From NCBI GenBank assembly GCA_964648765.1, contig CAZYLF010000001.1, positions 12,155 to 76,154 on the forward strand: a stretch of DNA of 64,000 nucleotides. The letters are read 5' to 3'. A model generated the notes under the pieces. That model made no database searches, had not been told where the DNA came from, and saw only the letters and a program-made list of their open reading frames with translations. Source of the DNA: an uncultured Candidatus Saccharibacteria bacterium (GTDB lineage Bacteria; Patescibacteriota; Minisyncoccia; Phycocordibacterales; JACOZG01). A program made the translations under genes and the position numbers. How positions within the stretch are numbered: position 1 is the first letter of the stretch; every line of letters starts with the position of its first letter. Of this stretch, positions 17,395 to 25,107 are shown piece by piece.

Positions 17395-17787
17395 CTAGCT
17401 CGTAACTTCAGCTACTTCCTCAGCTTTATTTTCAGCCACATGTTTAGTTTTGCGGCGGATTTCTTTAGCGGTTTTGGCACGGATGTAATAGAGTTTTGAG
17501 CGACGAGTTTTTGAGCGCTTAACCAATTCAATTTTATCAATCACTGGAGAATAAAGTGGGAAGATTTTCTCCATCCCTACACCTGAGGCAGTCTTACGTA
17601 CAGTAAAAGTGGCACCTGCTTCACGGCCGTGTTTACGAGCAATTACTAGACCTTCAAAAAGCTGGAGGCGAGACTTCTCCCCTTCCACAATTTTTTGCCA
17701 CACCTTAATAGTGTCACCAGAACGGAAGTCTAAACCCGCCCGGGTGTCTCGGTCTACTGATGAAATCTTAAAATTCGCGGTTGTCAT
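17395..17787 (-). CDS. rplS: 50S ribosomal protein L19
   Basis: Conserved L19 core FRSGDTIKV...GEKSRLQLFEGLVIARK...GATFTVRK. The start is taken at the internal ATG (MTTANF) rather than the extended ORF start. Confidence 0.85.
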   Translation of the reverse strand: MTTANFKISSVDRDTRAGLDFRSGDTIKVWQKIVEGEKSRLQLFEGLVIARKHGREAGATFTVRKTASGVGMEKIFPLYSPVIDKIELVKRSKTRRSKLYYIRAKTAKEIRRKTKHVAENKAEEVAEVTS

Positions 17788-17800
17788 ATAAGCAGGCAAT

Positions 17801-18529
17801 TTAGCACATCCCTTTAAGATAATCAATGGTCGCGAGCATATCCTTAGGCAAAGGTGCCTCAAACGTCATTTGCCCCGCTTCTTTAGTGCTAAAACGTATT
17901 GAAGAGGCGTGCAGGGCTTGCCTCGTAATTGTGGGAACAGTGGGTGAATTAGTGGAAGAATATAATGCATCGCCAGCAATGGGGTAACCAATGGCTTTAA
18001 GATGCGCTCGGAGCTGATGAGTGCGGCCAGTCTTAGGAAAAAGATTTAGCAAAGTAAATCCTTTATATTTTTCCGCAACCTCATATCGAGTAATCGCCTC
18101 GCGGAGCTTACCGTGAGCTTGAGCACTCGCCACGCGCTTGCGCGGATCATTTTTACTCCTCCCGATTGGCAAATCGATCACACCCTTATCCTTTTTTACT
18201 TCACCAATCACAATCGCTTGGTAAGTTTTCTCTACTTCGTGATTTTTAAATTTCTCTTTCAGTTCTAAAAATGTCGGTTGATTTTTAGCAATCACCAAAA
18301 CTCCGCTCGTGTCTTTATCTAACCGGTGCACAATCCCCGGGCGGGAAATTTTGGTGCCATTTGCAAGAATCATATCCTCCCCCACTCCTTCAACTTGCGG
18401 ATAATTTTTAATTATCCAATCAGTGAGAGTTGAGGCAACATTAAATCCATCTGGATGCACCGACAAACCCGCCGGCTTATTTATTACCAGCAAATTCTCG
18501 TCTTCAAAAATTATAGGAATTTCAGGCAT
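17801..18529 (-). CDS. RluA-family pseudouridine synthase
   Basis: Catalytic motif HRLDKDTSGVLVIAKN. Start chosen at MPEIPIIFEDENLLVINKPAG. Confidence 0.75.
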   Translation of the reverse strand: MPEIPIIFEDENLLVINKPAGLSVHPDGFNVASTLTDWIIKNYPQVEGVGEDMILANGTKISRPGIVHRLDKDTSGVLVIAKNQPTFLELKEKFKNHEVEKTYQAIVIGEVKKDKGVIDLPIGRSKNDPRKRVASAQAHGKLREAITRYEVAEKYKGFTLLNLFPKTGRTHQLRAHLKAIGYPIAGDALYSSTNSPTVPTITRQALHASSIRFSTKEAGQMTFEAPLPKDMLATIDYLKGMC

Positions 18530-18575
18530 AGAGTGATTGAAAAATACTAGCAGATAAGCTATTGTAAGCAATAAC

Positions 18576-18651
18576 GCACGCTTAGCTCAGTTGGTAGAGC
18601 AACCCGTTTACACCGGGTAGGTCGTAGGTTCAAGTCCTACAGCGTGCACCA
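18576..18651 (+). tRNA. tRNA-Val (anticodon TAC), CCA encoded
   Basis: Acceptor gcacgct/agcgtgc, D-arm gctc-agttggta-gagc, anticodon stem-loop acccg-ttTACac-cgggt, T-arm gtagg-ttcaagt-cctac, then A-CCA. Confidence 0.85.
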
Positions 18652-18653
18652 CT

Positions 18654-18725
18654 GCCCCTGTAGTTAAATGGATATAACTGCGGACTTCTAAGCCGCTATT
18701 GTAGGTTCGATTCCTACCGGGGGCA
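18654..18725 (+). tRNA. tRNA-Arg (anticodon TCT)
   Basis: Acceptor gcccctg/cgggggc (one G-U pair), D-arm gtta-aatggata-taac, anticodon loop cTTCTaa, T-arm gtagg-ttcgatt-cctac. The 31-39 pair is an A-G mismatch. Confidence 0.7.
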
Positions 18726-18736
18726 CAAAATAATCA

Positions 18737-19369
18737 ATGGAAGGATTTAATAATAGATCAAACTCAAACGAGGAAATTTCAGTTGATTTTAATGAAGCAA
18801 TTGGCGACCCTCAAAAACTGAGGTCACTTGTGGAGGGTAGTCATGTTTACAATAATGACGAAACTTGTACTCCCAAGGAAATGTGGCAAGAATGGGAACG
18901 TGCACGACGTTTCATTACTTTAGCTATCAACAAGGATGGCTCCTTCCTCGACTACGGAAGTGCCAACGGTTTACTTTTAAAATCTCTTCAAGTTTGGTCG
19001 CCATATAAAATTGATCCCTACGGTTTGGATATAGATAAAAAAGCAATTGAAAAAGCTAAGGAACTTTTCCCGAACCAAACAGATCATTTTGTAACCCCCG
19101 AAGACGCAGAAATAGCAAAAAATTTCCCGAAAAACTTTGATTTTGTGTATTGGAATGTTTGGGACAATTATGAGATTCGCCATAATGATAGTCTAATTAA
19201 AAAATTAAAAGGCTCGACAAATAATGGTGGTCGACTAATTTTAGGTTTTTATGAGTCAAAGGAGAGTAACAAAAAGAAAATCGAACAACTAATAACCTTG
19301 GGTTTTAAGTCGTCTCAAATTATAGAAAATCCTGCAGGCGGGGATGAAATGATTGTTTGGTTTGATTAA
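18737..19369 (+). CDS. putative class I SAM-dependent methyltransferase
   Basis: Motif I-like LDYGSANG and motif II-like YGLDID. Otherwise unrecognised. Confidence 0.4.
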   Translation: MEGFNNRSNSNEEISVDFNEAIGDPQKLRSLVEGSHVYNNDETCTPKEMWQEWERARRFITLAINKDGSFLDYGSANGLLLKSLQVWSPYKIDPYGLDIDKKAIEKAKELFPNQTDHFVTPEDAEIAKNFPKNFDFVYWNVWDNYEIRHNDSLIKKLKGSTNNGGRLILGFYESKESNKKKIEQLITLGFKSSQIIENPAGGDEMIVWFD

Positions 19370-19411
19370 AAGATCCCCAGCACCAAAGTTTCGGTGCTGG
19401 GGAAATAAATT

Positions 19412-20098
19412 TTACCTTCCGATTTTTCGGGCAAGAGTACGAACTTTATCTGGATTCAATTCCGTATGAGAATCACTAACACCTGTTGCAACCAAAAAAC
19501 AATCACAATGCGGCATATACTCCTCAACGTTTTCAGAAGTAATACCGCTGGCAATGGCTAAAGGATGATCTCCGATCGCATTTTTCATTGCACGGATTTT
19601 TCTAAGACTCGGGGCCAAGCCTGTGCCCTCACCGCTGGTAGTAACCACGTCCACAAACGGCACGGCTAACTTCGCCACCTTGCCCACATCAACGACCTCT
19701 TCTTGATACTTGAAAGCAACTCCACCAAAATAGATTCCTTGCCAGCCACATTTTTCTCGCAAATGACGGAACTCTAGGGCCATTTTAACATTGCCATCTT
19801 CCTTGACCCCGGTGTCATCCACCCACAACCCGGAGATATTTTTTGGAACAACTTCAATGGCAGACCTCCCGAGGTCGAGGCAATTCAGGCCAATCCACAA
19901 ATCTGGCAATCGCTCCCTTATAGCTCGATAACACTCAAAAAGCTGATTGTAAGTAATATGGTGATTAATGAGAAAAATTCCACCCGCCCCGCCGTCTGCG
20001 GCGATGCGAGCATTTCGCAAAGCCTGAACCTTGTCTTCGGCATGCACGACAGCAAGAAAGACATGACTAAACCGAAACACCCTTCTAAAACTACTCAT
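19412..20098 (-). CDS. putative BtpA/SgcQ-family TIM-barrel (phosphate-binding barrel) protein
   Basis: GGAGGIFLINHH and C-terminal ASGI phosphate-binding-like segments. Family assignment is tentative. Confidence 0.35.
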   Translation of the reverse strand: MSSFRRVFRFSHVFLAVVHAEDKVQALRNARIAADGGAGGIFLINHHITYNQLFECYRAIRERLPDLWIGLNCLDLGRSAIEVVPKNISGLWVDDTGVKEDGNVKMALEFRHLREKCGWQGIYFGGVAFKYQEEVVDVGKVAKLAVPFVDVVTTSGEGTGLAPSLRKIRAMKNAIGDHPLAIASGITSENVEEYMPHCDCFLVATGVSDSHTELNPDKVRTLARKIGR

Positions 20099-20208
20099 TA
20101 TTCGCTCTCCTTATTTACTGTTCAAACCTAACCCAACCTAAACTAAACTAACTATGTCCCAACATGGCTCAGAAGTCAAAGAAGATTTTATTTCGGAGCA
20201 ACTTCAGA

Positions 20209-20661
20209 CTATTTAATTTTGAACCCCACGACTATATTTTTTTCTATCTCGAGCATGGCCTTGTCTAAGTCAAAATTTTCTGACTTGATCACTAATGCGC
20301 AATTTTTCATTCCTGAAGAAATCGCTGGATCCGGCACGTCTGGTGTGTCATCTTTTAGATAAACTTCTTCAATTCTATGCTCTCTACCATCTAAATCTAC
20401 GAGAGTCATTCCGGGTCCGATCGACACATTAAATGGTTCGCCAAAAAATTGGATTAATCCCCTATCTGGAGACTCCACAGAGTCCGCAATAAAAAATTTT
20501 TCACCCCGCATTTGTTTTTTTAATTCCTCCACCTTAGAGTCAATTACTTCTGTATTTCTTTTTTGAAACAAACTCAAAAGATAAGACGCTAAATAAAGCA
20601 CAATAAAGACCGGCACGAGTTTAAGCACTAACTCAAAAAATATTGTTTTTATAATCAACAT
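20209..20661 (-). CDS. hypothetical membrane-anchored protein, 150 aa (last gene of the pilMNO operon)
   Basis: N-terminal TM helix; co-oriented and tightly spaced downstream of pilO. Confidence 0.45.
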   Translation of the reverse strand: MLIIKTIFFELVLKLVPVFIVLYLASYLLSLFQKRNTEVIDSKVEELKKQMRGEKFFIADSVESPDRGLIQFFGEPFNVSIGPGMTLVDLDGREHRIEEVYLKDDTPDVPDPAISSGMKNCALVIKSENFDLDKAMLEIEKNIVVGFKIK

Positions 20662-20676
20662 ATTGAGGAGAAATAA

Positions 20677-21015
20677 TTACTTCGGAGCTACAGACGGATC
20701 AGGGAGGAGAGGTTTTTGGGATTGGTATTTTTTTAAATTTTCGGCTCGGAGGTCAAGATAATTTGAGAGTTTGGTGATATCCTCCCGGCTAATGTTTTCA
20801 ATTCTTGCTGCAGATTGCCCACCTTCACCCACTACCTCCTTTTGTGTAGCCGAAAAAAGGTAATACAACCCAGCCAAGCCACCAACTAACAATATCACCG
20901 AGACAAGCACAAAGGTTCGCCAAGCAAAATTAGGATGAAAATGGAGTTGGGTTTTATCTTTCCCTTTTATCTTAAACTTACCCCCCTTCCCTTTTTTAAA
21001 AATATTCCAATTCAT
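20677..21015 (-). CDS. hypothetical single-pass membrane protein, 112 aa
   Basis: Lys-rich N-terminus, one TM helix; packed between pilO and the 150-aa gene. Confidence 0.45.
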   Translation of the reverse strand: MNWNIFKKGKGGKFKIKGKDKTQLHFHPNFAWRTFVLVSVILLVGGLAGLYYLFSATQKEVVGEGGQSAARIENISREDITKLSNYLDLRAENLKKYQSQKPLLPDPSVAPK

Positions 21016-21018
21016 ATT

Positions 21019-21579
21019 TTAATTTTCTTTAAAACTTAAAAGCGTGGCATCAAAACTGGCCGACCACCATGCAGTATTTTTATTTGCTGCAGTGGGCAAA
21101 TCCACAAGCTTAAGATCAACTCGGTTAAAAAATAATTTAAACTGAGAATTCTCGATCAAATTCATAAACTGCATTAAATTATTAAACGGCCCCTCAGCAC
21201 TAAAGTTTGCTGCCAAAGCGTCTCGCTTTTCAAAACTGGTTTTACCAACTGACTGAAAACGAAAATCAACACCAGAGGTTTTTGAGAGAGCTTCCATCCT
21301 TTCAATCACCAAATTGAAGGTATCGGTATCCACAAAATACGGGTCGAGCTTAGGGCGGAAATCTTTAAGCTCTGTGGCAAGCTTTGAAAGGTTCTCCACG
21401 TCATTTCGTTTTTGAGATAAGTCTTTGAGCTCAACGGCACTTTTAAGCAAGTCTCGCTCCGCTCGCAAGAGTAAAACAGACAATCCCGCCACCCCCGCAA
21501 TAAGGAGCACGGTAAAAACTAGTGAGATAATTAAAGCTGAACCTTTCTGTAAATTAGTTTTCATTTTATTTTTTTTCAT
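21019..21579 (-). CDS. pilO: type IV pilus assembly protein PilO-like
   Basis: N-terminal TM helix followed by a coiled-coil and a small globular domain; positioned after pilM-pilN. Confidence 0.55.
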   Translation of the reverse strand: MKKNKMKTNLQKGSALIISLVFTVLLIAGVAGLSVLLLRAERDLLKSAVELKDLSQKRNDVENLSKLATELKDFRPKLDPYFVDTDTFNLVIERMEALSKTSGVDFRFQSVGKTSFEKRDALAANFSAEGPFNNLMQFMNLIENSQFKLFFNRVDLKLVDLPTAANKNTAWWSASFDATLLSFKEN

Positions 21580-22123
21580 CGTTGAAGTCTAAGTTGATGA
21601 TGAAATTAACATCTCTCTCATTTAAAAGCACATCAATCGGGTAAGAAATATCGGTAAGCAATGGATCCAATTTAAGAGCATTGATAAAATCCAAAAATTG
21701 CTGCCTTGTGGCGGCGTTACCATCAAGCGCTAGTTCAACTTTGTTTAAAGCTTGAGGACTCCGAGTATAAAACAAACCTCGCCAAGTAATGCCCGGGCGA
21801 CGCACCTCAAGCATGTGTTGCCACACCTCCGTAACTGGAATATTAGTTTCAAGATCTACTTTAAGAATTTTTACCTTGTCAGCCAACCCCCCCAATTCGC
21901 TTTGTAAAGTATTTACTTCAAATTTTTCTGACTCTTTGCGAGCCGTCTCAAGCTCCCTCATAAGTGCAGATTGACGCAAGCTTACCACTAAATAAAGCGA
22001 GCCAATCCCCACAAAAAAAATGATTAACAAACTCATTAAAAGCCCCGCGGCCACCGTGGCTAAGCGCGCGCGATAAGTGTGACGCACTCGATCCTTATCT
22101 TCAGGTAAAATTAAATTAATCAT
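21566..22123 (-). CDS. pilN: type IV pilus assembly protein PilN-like
   Basis: Short cytoplasmic N-terminus (MINLILPEDKDR), one TM helix, then a coiled-coil; overlaps pilO by 14 nt. Confidence 0.6.
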   Translation of the reverse strand: MINLILPEDKDRVRHTYRARLATVAAGLLMSLLIIFFVGIGSLYLVVSLRQSALMRELETARKESEKFEVNTLQSELGGLADKVKILKVDLETNIPVTEVWQHMLEVRRPGITWRGLFYTRSPQALNKVELALDGNAATRQQFLDFINALKLDPLLTDISYPIDVLLNERDVNFIINLDFNDEKK

Positions 22124-22127
22124 AAAT

Positions 22128-23213
22128 TTATCGTGGTACGTTACGGAGCGCCAAACCCATGGCCGTGGCGTAGCGGAGTGATTGATTAAAGGTCATGGGT
22201 GGGAGAGTGGTATCCATAAGGTGGGTGTTGGTCCACACATTTCCAATCTCAACCGGTACGCCCAAGCTCATGGCTAAATATTCCGCAAGTCCTGGTAAAG
22301 TGGCCTGACCGCCGCCAAGTACCACGCGTTCAATTTTTTCTTTTTTACGTCCAGTAGTTTTAGACTCCCAAAAATTATACTGCTTAGCGATTTCATCTTT
22401 AAGAATTGAGACGATTGGGATTACAGAAAATAATAACTCTTTCTCCCGCCTAGAATGAAGTAAGCCCTTAGTGATTTTAATTTTTTCTGCAGTAGCATAA
22501 TCTACCTTTAAATTTTTTTGAATAGCTTTGGTAATATCCTCGCCGCCAATATTATTAACCGTTGAAGAAAAAAAGGCTTTATGTCCACTTACCACCAAAA
22601 AACTGGTTCGGGTTTTACCAAAATCTACCACTAACGTGGTTTCGCGGGTGTGGAAAGGTGTAAGAGCGCGAGCAATCGCCTGTGCCTCAATCTCAAGTGC
22701 GAGTAGTTCAAGCCCAGCATTTTTAAGCGTATTTGAGTAACTTGCCACAGTACTAATAGGCATTACCGACACCACAACATCAAAGGTATCTGCTTCAGAT
22801 TCAGGGTGATGTAAAATCTCATAATCAAACACAGCCTCCTTGGCAGGAATTGGCACATGTTCCTCAAGTCCAAGCTCAATCGCCCCTCTTAATTCATCTA
22901 AACCCATCGCCGGCATGGGGATACGCACAATATACGCCTCCTCCTCAGGCAATGAAGCAAAGACTTTCTTAATTCCCTGCTCCACTTTTAGTGAGCGTAG
23001 AATCTCTTCCAGCTTTTTTTGATCCTTTATTTCACCAGCCTCAATGATTCCTACTGGAATCTCCTTCTCTCCAAATTTTTTAACTAGGTAAGAATCACCC
23101 TTTGGCATCAATTCCAAATACTTCACCGACTGATCGGAAATGTCTAAGCCCACGGCCGGCATCTCAAGATATTTTGGAGTCGGAAAAAGTTTGTGAAATA
23201 AGCTACGAGGCAT
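22128..23213 (-). CDS. pilM: type IV pilus assembly protein PilM, copy 2
   Basis: 361 aa actin-like ATPase fold (GLDISDQSVKYLEL...). Heads a pilM-N-O gene order. Confidence 0.7.
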   Translation of the reverse strand: MPRSLFHKLFPTPKYLEMPAVGLDISDQSVKYLELMPKGDSYLVKKFGEKEIPVGIIEAGEIKDQKKLEEILRSLKVEQGIKKVFASLPEEEAYIVRIPMPAMGLDELRGAIELGLEEHVPIPAKEAVFDYEILHHPESEADTFDVVVSVMPISTVASYSNTLKNAGLELLALEIEAQAIARALTPFHTRETTLVVDFGKTRTSFLVVSGHKAFFSSTVNNIGGEDITKAIQKNLKVDYATAEKIKITKGLLHSRREKELLFSVIPIVSILKDEIAKQYNFWESKTTGRKKEKIERVVLGGGQATLPGLAEYLAMSLGVPVEIGNVWTNTHLMDTTLPPMTFNQSLRYATAMGLALRNVPR

Positions 23214-23221
23214 CCATTATA

Positions 23222-23605
23222 TTATAAATGAAGACTCTCCAGGTAGCGAGTGAGTATCACCGTGGCCGCCCGAGCGTCTACGTTTCTTTTTGATTTTATC
23301 TCGCGAGTTGCTTCATTGGTAGTGAATCTTTCATCACACCAATTTATCTCTAAACCGCTCTTCAGACCAAGCTCCCGAGCAAAACTCTCGCTTTCAGTTT
23401 GCATTGGATTTGGCGCGCCATCTTGATTTAGTGATTTGCCCACCACGATCTTCCCCACCCCTTTTTCATTAATTATTTTTAAAATATTCCCTAAGAGATT
23501 TTTGTCATTTTTAATTACGTCACCAGGAAAAGCCACTCTGCCCTCCTCGTCTGAGGTGGCCCAACCTATTTTATGACTGCCGTAATCGATTCCTAAATAT
23601 CGCAC
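23222..23605 (-). CDS. ruvX: Holliday junction resolvase-like protein RuvX/YqgF
   Basis: MRYLGIDYGSHKIGWA N-terminus with catalytic Asp, approximately 127 aa, RNase H-like. Confidence 0.8.
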   Translation of the reverse strand: MRYLGIDYGSHKIGWATSDEEGRVAFPGDVIKNDKNLLGNILKIINEKGVGKIVVGKSLNQDGAPNPMQTESESFARELGLKSGLEINWCDERFTTNEATREIKSKRNVDARAATVILTRYLESLHL

Positions 23606-23614
23606 AAGTTTGGC

Positions 23615-23902
23615 TTACACGCCGAGTTCTTGATTTAGTTTTTCTAATCTTATTTCATCGTTAGCTTTTCCCTCTTCTTTATCTATTTTTTTGAGACTCG
23701 TCAGGGCGTCAGCAAGAACTGCTTTGTAATCCTCGTTGGCCGTATTGCAAATATTTAAGTAAATAAAAGCCAAGTTGACCAAAGCCTCCCCCTTTTCCTC
23801 CTCAGACATTGGCTGTGTTATGAACTCAGCAATCAATGAGCGGGCACCAGTAAGGTCATTTTCTTCAAGAAGATTTTCTAATTTAATAATATCAATCGTC
23901 AT
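23615..23902 (-). CDS. hypothetical helical (TPR-like) protein, 95 aa
   Basis: ORF co-oriented between the coiled-coil gene and ruvX; ALVNLAFIYLN helical repeat flavour. Confidence 0.4.
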   Translation of the reverse strand: MTIDIIKLENLLEENDLTGARSLIAEFITQPMSEEEKGEALVNLAFIYLNICNTANEDYKAVLADALTSLKKIDKEEGKANDEIRLEKLNQELGV

Positions 23903-23912
23903 AAATTATATT

Positions 23913-25094
23913 TTAAATTGTTTTGACCAAAAGCCGAGCAATCATAATCTTTTTAGCTTTTGAATCAGTGTCAGCACCGGTTAATTTGGCACTCTCCTCA
24001 GTAAGTATCGTTCTTACAAAATCTTTTATTGCCACACCAGTTTTATTACCAATATTTTCCCGCGTTATCAACTTCTCAATCGTGTCTGACAACTCTTTAA
24101 AAGAGCCCGTATTTAAACCATTATTTTCAACCGCATCCTTGATTGCCCTAACCACCTTGGCATCAGTTTTTTGGTTAATTGTTTCAGTCAAACTGATTTG
24201 ACCAGCTTTATCCTCAAAAATATCTACCTTAAACTGGCTTTTTTCTGAAGCTGCACTAAAATCCCTCATCTTTTTTACTGCTTCATCTAAACTCTCAAGA
24301 GTGCTCTCCTTGTTAGTTAGCTCCTTTAAAATAGATGTGGCCCGCGCCTGTATCACCTCTTTAATACCGCCTATCTCGCCAGCCAATTCCAAAACGCTAC
24401 CCCTTAGAACTTTGAGGCTTTTCTCGTGTTGGTGTTTTTTGGCTTCTAGATCCTTAACTTTTTTCAGCTCTATATTTATTTGTAGATATTCTTCAGTGGT
24501 GGCAATAAACATATCGCTTCTCTCTCGTTCATTTATAACTTGATTACTATCACTAAACTCCTTTGCTAAATCACGTTTCTTTTTTGCATCCTCAAAAAAG
24601 TAACCCCTAGAGAGAATATTTATCCCATGCTTACCGATCGTGCTCCAATCGTAGGCCCCCTTCATCTCCTCTAACTTTTTAGCTTTTATCACCTTTTCCC
24701 TATAACTAATTGCGAGATCATTTCTTTTACCCAAACCGCTTAATTCATTTTCGAGTTCTGCAATTTTCTTTGGTGTTTCAACAAAACTTGCCAAGCTCTG
24801 CTCCAAAAGAATAATTTTCTCTGGGTTTTCTAGTGCCTGTTTATCTAAATACACATCCATTGAGTTTAGGTCCGCATCGCCTAATTCTACCCCAAGCTGT
24901 TCTTTAATCTGATTACGATATAAATCTTTAAGTTCAGTTTTTACTTTTTCTTTAAAATTAAAGACATCAAAACGTTCTTTGAGTTTAGCCTCGTCACTCA
25001 TGTTAAACGACTCAGAATCAGCGTGACTAGCTAAAAATTTAAGGAAATCCTTATTTGAGAGCTCTTGATCAATATTAAATTTTTTCGCTTCCAT
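23913..25094 (-). CDS. hypothetical coiled-coil protein, 393 aa
   Basis: K/E-rich with heptad character throughout; no enzymatic motif. Confidence 0.45.
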   Translation of the reverse strand: MEAKKFNIDQELSNKDFLKFLASHADSESFNMSDEAKLKERFDVFNFKEKVKTELKDLYRNQIKEQLGVELGDADLNSMDVYLDKQALENPEKIILLEQSLASFVETPKKIAELENELSGLGKRNDLAISYREKVIKAKKLEEMKGAYDWSTIGKHGINILSRGYFFEDAKKKRDLAKEFSDSNQVINERERSDMFIATTEEYLQINIELKKVKDLEAKKHQHEKSLKVLRGSVLELAGEIGGIKEVIQARATSILKELTNKESTLESLDEAVKKMRDFSAASEKSQFKVDIFEDKAGQISLTETINQKTDAKVVRAIKDAVENNGLNTGSFKELSDTIEKLITRENIGNKTGVAIKDFVRTILTEESAKLTGADTDSKAKKIMIARLLVKTI

Positions 25095-25107
25095 ATTTTA
25101 GATATTA

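Noticed and set aside
20100-20210. Low-complexity stretch cctaacccaacctaaactaaactaact; possible CRISPR or repeat array.
   Set aside because: Not a regularly spaced repeat-spacer structure; just an A/C-rich spacer. No CRISPR array or cas genes were seen anywhere in the window.
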